This document shows, piece by piece, positions 52,507 to 64,000 of a stretch of DNA of 64,000 nucleotides. Below the pieces are notes generated by a model, which was given only the letters and a program-made list of their open reading frames with translations, was not told the DNA's origin and did not search any database. The position numbers and the translations under genes are program-made. Location: assembly GCA_964016885.1 (NCBI GenBank), contig OZ024742.1:236034001-236098000 (forward strand), written 5' to 3'. The DNA comes from Eledone cirrhosa (lineage: Eukaryota). The number at the start of each line of letters is the position of its first letter. The stretch's first letter is position 1.

Positions 52507-55500
52507 AGCTACGTTCCGATTAAATACGTACTAGTAATTATAGTGTTAATGCTAGTTGTAAGTGAGACTCTGCCTGACTGTTAATTTGGAGAGACATTTT
52601 TTGGTTCTTTTATAACTTTCATTTATTTTATCATGTTTTCAGTTGTCGAGGTTTTTTAGGTCGTTTGGACACCTCTCAAATCAATAGTCCATTTCTCAAT
52701 CATATCAAAATATCGATCAATCAATAACAAAGCCTCATCCAGTATATGAAGTGGCCAGTTGTTGAAGGTGTCATCGTAGCTGTGCGCATTAACATAATGT
52801 GGTTGCTATTTGTAATATAATGAGTATTTATTTACCTGTTGGCTCGTTGGTTTAGGTGTATGATATTTCGCTTAGGGTGCGACAGATCCCGGGTTCAAAT
52901 CGCGGACGAGCCCAAATATTTAGGATATTATTTTCATTTTAAATCTATTTTCTGTCGCACCATGTTGACTTAGATGTAATAAACATTTAAATTTATATAT
53001 TTTTCAGGTATAATCTAATCTTTTTTTTTTACCTTTGGGAACTATTAGTATAACAGTCTGTGTAAAAGAGCTCAATTTCAAACAACTAAATGCAAGCTCT
53101 ATTCTGAGTAACAAAAAGTATTTACATCTGCTTACGTTTTCGTGGTCTGGTTTATATGTAGAAAAATAATAATAAAACACTACAGACTTGGATCAGCATA
53201 GGTCACTCTGTTTTACTTGTAGTATTTTACATATTGGGTTTAAAAGGACGAAACAATAGGGGCTGTGGGAAACGTCTAGATAATCCGGAAAGAAAAAGAA
53301 CGGGAAAAAGAGTAAGAAAACTGTTTTCTTTAAAAAAAAAAAAAGATTATGATGGGCTCGTCCGTGATTTGCACCCTGGACCTCTCGCACCCAAGGCGAG
53401 AACCATGCGTCTAGACCAACAAACAACGCATAACAATGTAATGAAATATATATTAGTAATTATAGTTTTAATGATAGTTGTAACTGAGTCTGTATGTTGG
53501 AAACACTTTTTTCTTTCTTTTTTAACTTATGTTGGGAACATTTATTTTTGTTTGCTTTTTAATTTTAATTTATTTTATTATGTTTCTACAGGTCTAGGAT
53601 TTTTAGGACACCCGGTCTATTCTTCAAACATAATTCCACTTCTCAATCATGTCCAAATATCAATAAATCAATAACATCAACCCAATAATCACAACTGACG
53701 CCATAACATTACTATTACACCTTTTTTATAAAGCATATGACGTGGCCAATTTCAGAAAGTGTAATATATTTGCAAAGTAATATAAATTTACTGCTTTTAG
53801 TATATTAGTTTGAACGTATTTACCAGTTGGTTCGTTGGTCTAGGGGTATGATTTTTCGCTTAGGGTGCGAGAGGTCCCGGGTTCAAATCCCGGACAAGCC
53901 CAAACTTTTTGGAATATTTTTTTTATCATAAGGCTATTTTCTGTCACACTGTGTTGACTTGGATGTAATGTACATGTTTTTCAGGTATCATCTAATTTTT
54001 TTTTCACTTTTGAGAACAATTAGTATAACAGTCTGTGATGAAAAAAAAACCTCAATTTAAAACAACTAAATGCAAGCTCTATATAATTTCTGAGTAACAA
54101 AGAGTATTTACATCTGTTTACGTTTCTGTGGTCTGGTTTATATGGAGAAAAATAGTAAAACTCTACAGACGTCGATCAGTATTGGTCACTCAAATTTACT
54201 TGTTGTATTTAACATATTGGATTTAAAAGAAAACAATAGGGGTTGTGGCAAACGTCGAGATCATCCGGAAAGAAGAACAAGAAAAAGAACTTTTGTGTAC
54301 TGAACGAAAACTGTTTTGTTTTTTTTGAAAAGAAATAAGATGTTATAATGGGCTCGTCCGGGATTTGAACCCGGGACCTCTCGCACCCAAAGCGAGAATC
54401 ATACCCCTAGACCAACGGGCCAGCTACGTTCTGATTAAATACGTAATAGTAATTATAGTGTTAATGCTAGTTGTAAGTGAGACTCTGACTGACTGTTAAT
54501 TTGGAGAGACATTTTTTGTTTCTTTTATAACTTTCATTTATTTTATCATGTTTTCAGTTGTCGGGCTTTTTTAGGTCGTTTGGTCACCTCTTAAATCAAT
54601 AGTCCATTTCTCAATCATATCAAAATATCGATAAATCAATAACAAAGCCTCATCCAGTATATGAAGTGGCCAGTTGTTGAAGGTGTAATCGTAGCTGTGC
54701 GAATTAACATAATGTGGTTGCTATTTGTAATATAGAGTGTATTTATTTACCAGTTGGCTCGTTGGTCTAGGGGTATGATTTTTTCGCTTAGGGTGCGACA
54801 GATCCCGGGTTCAAATCGCGGACGAGCCCAAACATTTAGGATATTATTTTCATTTTAAATCTATTTTCATTTTAAATCTATTTTCTGTCGCACCATGTTG
54901 ACTTAGATGTAATAAACATTTAAACTTATATATTTTCAGGTATCATCTAATCTTTTTTTTTTACCTTTGGGAACTATTAGTATAACAGTCTGTGAAAAAG
55001 AGCTCAATTTCAAACAACTAAATACAAGCTCTATTCTGAGTAACAAAAAGTATGTACATCTGCTTACGTTTTCGTGGTCTGCTTTATATGTAGAAAAATA
55101 ATAATAAAACACTACAGACATGGATCAGCATAGGTCACTCTGTTTTACTTGTAGTATTTTACATATTGGGTTTAAAAGGAAGAAACAATAGGGGCTGTAG
55201 GAAACGTCTAGATAATCCGGAAAGAAAAAGAACGGGAAAAAGAGCAAGAAAACTGTTTTCTTTAAAAAAAAATAGATTATGATGGGCTCGTCTGTGATTT
55301 GCACTCTGGACCTCTCGCACCCAAGGCGAGAACCATGCGTCTAGACCAACGAACAACGCATAACAATGCAATTAAATATATATTAGTAATTATAGTTTTA
55401 ATGATAGTTGTAACTGAGTCTCTATGTTGGAAACACTTTTTTCTTTCTTTTTTAACTTATGTTGGGAACATTTTTTTTTGTTTGCTTTTTAATTTTAATT

Positions 55501-56276
55501 TATTTTATTATGTTTCTACAGGTCTAGGATTTTTAGGACACCCGGTCTATTCTTCAAACTTAATTCCACTTCTCAATCATGTCCAAATATCAATAAATCA
55601 ATAACATCAACCCAATAATCACAACTGACACCATAACATTACTATTACACCTTTTTTATAAAGCATATGACGTGGCCAATTTCAGAAAGTGTAATATATT
55701 TGCAAAGTAATATACACTTACTGCTTTTAGTATATTAATTTGAAAGTGTTTACCAGTTGGTTCGTTGGTCTAGGGGTATGATTTTCGCTTAGGGTGCGAG
55801 AGGTCCCGGGTTCAAATCCCGGACGACCCCAAACTTTTTGGAATGTTTTTTATCATAAGGCTATTTTCTGTCACACTGTGTTGACTTGGATGTAATGTAC
55901 ATGTTTTTCAGGTATCATCTAATTTTTTTTTCACTTTTGAGAACAATTAGTATAACAGTCTGTGATGAAAAAAAAAGCTCAATTTAAAACAACTAAATGC
56001 GAGCTCTATATAATTGCTGAGTAACAAAGAGTATTTACATCTGTTTACGTTTCTGTGGTCTGGTTTATATGGAGAAAAATAGTAAAACTCTACAGACGTC
56101 GATCAGTATTGGTCACTCAAAGTTACTTGTTGTATTTAACATATTGGATTTAAAAGAAAACAATAGGGGTTGTGGCAAACGTCGAGATCATCCGGAAAGA
56201 AGAACAAGAAAAAGAACTTTTGTGTACTGAACAAAAACTGTTTTGTTTTTTTTGAAAAAAAATAAGAGGTTATAAT

Positions 56277-56348
56277 GGGCTCGTCCGGGATTTGAACCCG
56301 GGACCTCTCGCACCCAAAGCGAGAATCATACCCCTAGACCAACGAGCC
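56277..56348 (-). tRNA. tRNA-Pro(TGG), canonical
   Basis: Same sequence as 10896-10967. Confidence 0.95.
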
Positions 56349-58189
56349 AGCTACGTTCCGATTAAATACGTACTAGTAATTATAGTGTTAATGCTAGTTG
56401 TAAGTGAGACTCTGCCTGACTGTTAATTTGGAGAGACATTTTTTGGTTCTTTTATAACTTTCATTTATTTTATCATGTTTTCAGTTGTCGAGGTTTTTTA
56501 GGTCGTTTGGATACCTCTTAAATCAATAGTCCATTTCTCAATCATATCAAAATATCGATAAATCAATAACAAAGCTTCATCCAGTATATGAAGTGGCCAG
56601 TTGTTGAAGGTGTCATCGTAGCTGTGCGAATTAACATAATGTGGTTGCTATTTGTAACATAATGTGTATTTATTTACCAGTTGGCTCGTTGGTCTAGGGG
56701 TATGATTTTTCGCTTAGGGTGCGACAAATCCCGGGTTCAAATCGCGGACGAGCCCAAACATTTAGGATATTAATTTCATTTTAAATCTATTTTCTGTCGC
56801 ACCATGTTGACTTAGATGTAATAAACATTTAAATTTATATATTTTTCAGGTATCATCTAAATCTTTTTTTTTTACCTATGGGAACTATTAGTATAACAGT
56901 CTGTGAAAAAGAGCTCAATTTCAAACAACTAAATGCAAGCTCTATTCTGAGTAACAAAAAGTATTTACATCTGCTTACGTTTTCGTGGTCTGGTTTATAT
57001 GTAGAAAAATAATAATAAAACACTACAGACTTGGATCAGCATAGGTCACTTTGTTTTACTTGTAGTATTTTACATATTGGGTTTAAAAGGAAGAAACAAT
57101 AGGGGCTGTAGGAAACGTCTAGATAATCCGGAAAGAAAAAGAACGGGAAAAAGAGTAAGAAAACTGTTTTCTTTAAAAAAAAAAAAATCTTATGATGGGC
57201 TCGTCCGTGATTTGCACCCTGGACCTCTCGCACCCAAGGCGAGAACCATGCGTCTAGACCAACGAACAACGCATAACAATGCAATTAAATATATATTAGT
57301 AATTATAGTTTTAATGATAGTTGTAACTGAGTCTCTATGTTGGAAACACTTTTTTCTTTCTTTTTTAACTTATGTTGGGAACATTTATTTTTGTTTGCTT
57401 TTTAATTTTAATTTATTTTATTATCTTTCTACAGATCTAGGATTTTTAGGACACCCGGTCTATTCTTCAAACTTAATTCCACTTCTCAATCATGTCCAAA
57501 TATCAATAAATCAATAACATCAACCCAATAATCACAACTGACACCATAACATTACTATTACACCTTTTTTATAAAGCATATGACGTGGCCAATTTCAGAA
57601 AGTGTAATATATTTGCAAAGTAATATACACTTACTGCTTTTAGTATATTAATTTGAAAGTGTTTACCAGTTGGTTCGTTGGTCTAGGGGTATGATTTTCG
57701 CTTAGGGTGCGAGAGGTCCCGGGTTCAAATCCCGGACGACCCCAAACTTTTTGGAATGTTTTTTATCATAAGGCTATTTTCTGTCACACTGTGTTGACTT
57801 GGATGTAATGTACATGTTTTTCAGGTATCATCTAATTTTTTTTTCACTTTTGAGAACAATTAGTATAACAGTCTGTGATGAAAAAAAAAGCTCAATTTAA
57901 AACAACTAAATGCGAGCTCTATATAATTGCTGAGTAACAAAGAGTATTTACATCTGTTTACGTTTCTGTGGTCTGGTTTATATGGAGAAAAATAGTAAAA
58001 CTCTACAGACGTCGATCAGTATTGGTCACTCAAAGTTACTTGTTGTATTTAACATATTGGATTTAAAAGAAAACAATAGGGGTTGTGGCAAACGTCGAGA
58101 TCATCCGGAAAGAAGAACAAGAAAAAGAACTTTTGTGTACTGAACAAAAACTGTTTTGTTTTTTTTGAAAAAAAATAAGAGGTTATAAT

Positions 58190-58261
58190 GGGCTCGTCCG
58201 GGATTTGAACCCGGGACCTCTCGCACCCAAAGCGAGAATCATACCCCTAGACCAACGAGCC
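58190..58261 (-). tRNA. tRNA-Pro(TGG), canonical
   Basis: Same sequence as 10896-10967. Confidence 0.95.
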
Positions 58262-60102
58262 AGCTACGTTCCGATTAAATACGTACTAGTAATTATAGTG
58301 TTAATGCTAGTTGTAAGTGAGACTCTGCCTGACTGTTAATTTGGAGAGACATTTTTTGGTTCTTTTATAACTTTCATTTATTTTATCATGTTTTCAGTTG
58401 TCGAGGTTTTTTAGGTCGTTTGGATACCTCTTAAATCAATAGTCCATTTCTCAATCATATCAAAATATCGATAAATCAATAACAAAGCTTCATCCAGTAT
58501 ATGAAGTGGCCAGTTGTTGAAGGTGTCATCGTAGCTGTGCGAATTAACATAATGTGGTTGCTATTTGTAACATAATGTGTATTTATTTACCAGTTGGCTC
58601 GTTGGTCTAGGGGTATGATTTTTCGCTTAGGGTGCGACAAATCCCGGGTTCAAATCGCGGACGAGCCCAAACATTTAGGATATTATTTTCATTTTAAATC
58701 TATTTTCTGTCGCACCATGTTGACTTAGATGTAATAAACATTTAAATTTATATATTTTTCAGGTATCATCTAAATCTTTTTTTTTTACCTATGGGAACTA
58801 TTAGTATAACAGTCTGTGAAAAAGAGCTCAATTTCAAACAACTAAATGCAAGCTCTATTCTGAGTAACAAAAAGTATTTACATCTGCTTACGTTTTCGTG
58901 GTCTGGTTTATATGTAGAAAAATAATAATAAAACACTACAGACTTGGATCAGCATAGGTCACTTTGTTTTACTTGTAGTATTTTACATATTGGGTTTAAA
59001 AGGAAGAAACAATAGGGGCTGTAGGAAACGTCTAGATAATCCGGAAAGAAAAAGAACGGGAAAAAGAGTAAGAAAACTGTTTTCTTTAAAAAAAAAAAAA
59101 TCTTATGATGGGCTCGTCCGTGATTTGCACCCTGGACCTCTCGCACCCAAGGCGAGAACCATGCGTCTAGACCAACGAACAACGCATAACAATGCAATTA
59201 AATATATATTAGTAATTATAGTTTTAATGATAGTTGTAACTGAGTCTGTATGTTGGAAACACTTTTTTCTTTCTTTTTTAACTTATGTTGGGAACATTTA
59301 TTTTTGTTTGCTTTTTAATTTTAATTTATTTTATTATCTTTCTACAGATCTAGGATTTTTAGGACACCCGGTCTATTCTTCAAACTTAATTCCACTTCTC
59401 AATCATGTCCAAATATCAATAAATCAATAACATCAACCCAATAATCACAACTGACACCATAACATTACTATTACACCTTTTTTATAAAGCATATGACGTG
59501 GCCAATTTCAGAAAGTGTAATATATTTGCAAAGTAATATACACTTACTGCTTTTAGTATATTAATTTGAACGTATTTACCAGTTGGTTCGTTGGTCTAGG
59601 GGTATGATTTTCGCTTAGGGTGCGAGAGGTCCCGAGTTCAAATCCCGGACGAACCCAAACTTTTTGGAATGTTTTTTATCATAAGGCTATTTTCTGTCAC
59701 ACTGTGTTGACTTGGATGTAATGTACATGTTTTTCAGGTATCATCTAATTTTTTTTTCACTTTTGAGAACAATTAGTATAACAGTCTGTGATGAAAAAAA
59801 AAGCTCAATTTAAAACAACTAAATGCAAGCTCTATATAATTTCTGAGTAACAAAGAGTATTTACATCTGTTTACGTTTCTGTGGTCTGGTTTATATGGAG
59901 AAAAATAGTAAAACTCTACAGACGTCGATCAGTATTGGTCACTCAAAGTTACTTGTTGTATTTAACATATTGGATTTAAAAGAAAACAATAGGGGTTGTG
60001 GCAAACGTCGAGATCATCCGGAAAGAAGAACAAGAAAAAGAACTTTTGTGTACTGAACAAAAACTGTTTTGTTTTTTTTGAAAAAAAATAAGAGGTTATA
60101 AT

Positions 60103-60174
60103 GGGCTCGTCCGGGATTTGAACCCGGGACCTCTCGCACCCAAAGCGAGAATCATACCCCTAGACCAACGAGCC
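60103..60174 (-). tRNA. tRNA-Pro(TGG), canonical
   Basis: Same sequence as 10896-10967. Confidence 0.95.
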
Positions 60175-61372
60175 AGCTACGTTCCGATTAAATACGTACT
60201 AGTAATTATAGTGTTAATGCTAGTTGTAAGTGAGACTCTGTCTGACTGTTAATTTGGAGAGACATTTTTTGGTTCTTTTATAACTTTCATTTATTTTATC
60301 ATGTTTTCAGTTGTCGAGGTTTTTTAGGTCGTTTGGATACCTCTTAAATCAATAGTCCATTTCTCAATCATATCAAAATATCGATAAATCAATAACAAAG
60401 CCTCATCCAGTATATGAAGTGGCCAGTTGTTGAAGGTGTCATCGGAGCTGTGCGAATTAACATAATGTGGTTGCTATTTGTAATATAATGTGTATTTATT
60501 TACCAGTTGGCTCGTTGGTCTAGGGGTATGATTTTTCGCTTAGGGTGCGACAAATCCCGGGTTCAAATCGCGGACGAGCCCAAACATTTAGGATATTATT
60601 TTCATTTTAAATCTATTTTCTGTCGCACCATGTTGACTTAGATGTAATAAACATTTAAATTTATATATTTTTCAGGTATCATCTAATTTTTTTTTTTACC
60701 TTTGGGAACTATTAGTATAACAGTCTGTGAAAAAGAGCTCAATTTCAAACAACTAAATGCAAGCTCTATTCTGAGTAACAAAAAGTATTTACATCTGCTT
60801 ACGTTTTCGTGGTCTGGTTTATATGTAGAAAAATAATAATAAAACACTACAGACTTGGATCAGCATAGGTCACTCTGTTTTACTTCTAGTATTGTACATA
60901 TTGGGTTTAAAAGGAAGAAACAATAGGGGCTGTAGGAAACGTCTAGATAATCCGGAAAGAAAAAGAACGGGAAAAAGAGCAAGAAAACTGTTTTCTTTGA
61001 AAAAAAAAAAGATTATGATGGGCTCGTCCGTGATTTGCACCCTGGACCTCTCGCACCCAAGGCGAGAACCATGCGTCTAGACCAACGAACAACGCGTAAC
61101 AATGCAATTAAATATATATTAGTAATTATAGTTTTAATGATAGTTGTAACTGAGTCTCTATGTTGGAAACACTTTTTTCTTTCTTTTTTAACTTATGTTG
61201 GGAACATTTTTTTTTGTTTGCTTTTTAATATTAATTTATTGTATTATGTTTCGACAGTCTAGGATTTTGAGGACACCCGGTCTATTCTTCAAACTTATTT
61301 CTACTTCTCAATCATGTCCAAATATCAATAAATCAATAACATCAACCCAATAATCACAACTGACCCCATAAC

Positions 61373-61553
61373 GCGGATTGGCAGTATTGGTAAAGGGTCG
61401 GACGCCACTCTTTCCAGCATAGTTACGTCCCTTTATGATCTGAGTTCAAATCCCGCCGAGGTTAACTTTGCCTTTCATTCTTACGGGGTCGATAAAATAA
61501 AGTACCAGTAATGCACTGGGTTAATTGCTGGCCTTGTGCCTAAAGTAGAAACA
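61373..61553 (+). mobile_element. tRNA-derived SINE (copy 4)
   Basis: Same sequence and junctions as 39751-39931, offset 21,622 bp. Confidence 0.85.
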
Positions 61554-63130
61554 ATTACTATTACACCTTTTTTATAAAGCATATGACGTGGCCAATTTCA
61601 GAAAGTGTAATATATTTGCAAAGTAATATAAACTTACTGCTTTTAGTATATTAATTTGAACGTATTTACCAGTTGGTTCGTTGGTCTAGGGTTATGATTT
61701 TCGCTTAGGGTGCGAGAGGTCCCGGGTTCAAATCCCGGACGAGCCCAAACTTTTTGGAATGTTTTTTATCATAAGGCTATTTTCTGTCACACTGTGTTGA
61801 CTTGGATGTAATGTACATGTTTTTCAGGTATCATCTAATCATTTTTTCACTTTTGAGAACTATTAGTATAACAGTCTGTGATGTAAAAAAAAGCTCAATT
61901 TAAAACAACTAAATGCAAGCTCTATATAATTTCTGAGTAACAAAGAGTATTTACATCTGTTTACGTTTCTGTGGTCTGGTTTTTATGGAGAAAAATAGTA
62001 AAACTCTACAGACGTCGATCAGTATTGGTCACTCAACTTTACTTGTTGTATTTAACATATTGGATTTAAAAGAAAACAATAGGGGTTGTGGCAAACGTCG
62101 AGATCATCCGGAAAGAAGAACAAGAAAAAGAACTTTTGTTTACTGAACAAAAACTGTTTTGTTTTACTTGAAAAAAAATAAGAGATTAAAATGGGCTCGT
62201 CCGGGATTGGAACCCGGGACCTCTCGCACCCAAAGCGAGAATCATACCCCTAGACCAACGAGCCAGCTACGTTCCGATTAAATACGTACTAGTAATTATA
62301 GTGTTAATGCTAGTTGTAAGTGAGACTCATCCTGACTGTTAATTTGGAGAGACATTTTTTGTTTCTTTTATAACTTTCATTTATTTTATCATGTTTTCAG
62401 TTGTCGGGCTTTTTTAGGTCGTTTGGTCACCTCTTAAATCAATAGTCCATTTCTAAATCATATCAAAATATCGATAAATCAATAACAAAGCCTCATCCAG
62501 TATATGAAGTGGCCAGTTGTTGAAGGTGTAATCGTAGCTGTGCGAATTAACATAATGTGGTTTCTATTTGAAATATAATGTGTATTTATTTACCAGTTGG
62601 CTCGTTGGTCTAGGGGTATGATTTTTTCGCTTAGGGTGCGACAGATCCCGGGTTCAAATCGCGGACGAGCCCAAACATTTAGGATATTATTTTCATTTTA
62701 AATCTATTTTCATTTTAAATCTATTTTCTGTCGCACCATGTTGACTTAGATGTAATAAACATTTAAACTTATATATTTTCAGGTATCATCTAATCTTTTT
62801 TTTTTACCTTTGGGAACTATTAGTATAACAGTCTGTGAAAAAGAGCTCATTTTCAAACAACTAAATACAAGCTCTATTCTGAGTAACAAAAAGTATGTAC
62901 ATCTGCTTACGTTTTCGTGGTCTGGTTTATATGTAGAAAAATAATAATAAAACACTACAGACTTGGATCAGCATAGGTCACTCTGTTCTACTTGTAGTAT
63001 TTTACATATTGGGTTTAAAAGGACGAAACAATAGGGGCTGTGGGAAACGTCTAGATAATCCGGAAAGAAAAAGAACGGGAAAAAGAGTAAGAAAACTGTT
63101 TTCTTTAAAAAAAAAAAAATAGATCATGAT

Positions 63131-63202
63131 GGGCTCGTCCGTGATTTGCACCCTGGACCTCTCGCACCCAAGGCGAGAACCATGCGTCTAGACCAACGAA
63201 CA
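63131..63202 (-). pseudogene. Class A tRNA-Pro(TGG) pseudogene, last of 34 copies
   Basis: Carries the same fixed lesions as the other class A copies. Confidence 0.88.
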
Positions 63203-64000
63203 ACGCATAACAATGCAATTAAATATATATTAGTAATTATAGTTTTAATGATAGTTGTAACTGAGTCTCTATGTTGGAAACACTTTTTTCTTTCTTTTTT
63301 AACTTATGTTGGGAACATTTTTTTTTTGTTTGCTTTTTAATTTTAATTTATTTTATTATGTTTCTACAGATCTAGGATTTTGAGGACACCCGGTCTATTC
63401 TTCAAACTTAATTCAACTTCTCAATCATGTCCAAATATCAATGAATCAATAACATCAACCCAATAATCACAACTGACGCCATAACATTACTATTACACCT
63501 TTTTTATAAAGCATATGACGTGGCCAATTTCAGAAAGTGTAATATATTTGCAAAGTAATATAAACTTACTGCTTTTAGTATATTAGTTTGAACGTATTTA
63601 CCAGTTGGTTCGTTGGTCTAGGGGTATGATTTTTCGCTTAGGGTGCGAGAGGTCCCGGGTTCAAATCCCGGACGAGCCCAAACTTTTTGGAATCTTTTTT
63701 TTATCATAAGGCTATTTTCTGTCACACTGGGTTGACTTGGATGTAATGTACATGTTTTTCAGGTATCATCTAATTTTTTTTTCACTTTTGAGAACAATTA
63801 GTATAACAGTCTGTGATGAAAAAAAAACCTCAATTTAAAACAACTAAATGCAAGCTCTATATAATTTCTGAGTAACAAAGAGTATTTACATCTGTTTACG
63901 TTTCTGTGGTCTGGTTTATATGGAGAAAAATAGTAAAACTCTACAGACGTCGATCAGTATTGGTCACTCAAATTTACTTGTTGTATTTAACATATTGGAT

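Larger units (their letters stand above)
1..64000. repeat. Tandem tRNA-Pro gene array (tDNA macrosatellite), unit about 1,912 bp, about 33.5 units, running past both window edges
   Basis: Class A gene starts recur at 344, 2255, 4167, 6080, 7992, 9904, 11815, 13729, 15643, 17479, 19389, 21300, 23212, 25122, 27033, 28946, 29918, 31754, 33664, 35575, 37488, 39398, 41488, 43578, 45687, 47616, 49530, 51443, 53354, 55284, 57197, 59110, 61020, 63131. Spacers are near-identical between units. Confidence 0.99.

Noticed and set aside
216-63340. Repeated 60-146 aa ORFs such as MHPGPLAPKART..., MGLKGRNNRGC... and MHCYALFVGLD...
   Set aside because: They overlap the class A tRNA pseudogene and poly-A/poly-T tracts, mostly use TTG starts, and change frame between units with homopolymer length. 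Their hydrophobic look comes from T-rich DNA.
1-64000. CRISPR-like or other prokaryotic repeat system
   Set aside because: Spacers are near-identical rather than unique, units are about 1.9 kb, and the tRNAs are eukaryotic Pro types without an encoded CCA.

Overview
The whole 64-kb window is one AT-rich eukaryotic tandem array of tRNA-Pro genes with no credible protein-coding gene. The repeat unit is about 1,910-1,914 bp and occurs about 33.5 times. Each unit is an old dimer of two diverged half-units (about 974 and 938 bp), and each half carries a head-to-head pair of tRNA-Pro(TGG) on the minus strand and tRNA-Pro(AGG) on the plus strand. By manual count there are 132 tRNA-Pro-like sequences in four positional classes: A = TGG pseudogene (34), B = near-intact AGG (34), C = intact TGG (32), D = AGG pseudogene (32). 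Decay is reciprocal between the halves, so each dimer keeps one good TGG gene and one near-good AGG gene. Diagnostic variants show nested higher-order duplications, a 938-bp half-unit deletion, a 76-bp microhomology deletion, a 17-bp duplication, and a 181-bp tRNA-derived SINE inserted once and amplified to four copies. The SINE resembles octopus SINEs as I recall them, so a cephalopod source is an unverified inference. Coordinates and counts were read by eye. tRNA positions use standard numbering.
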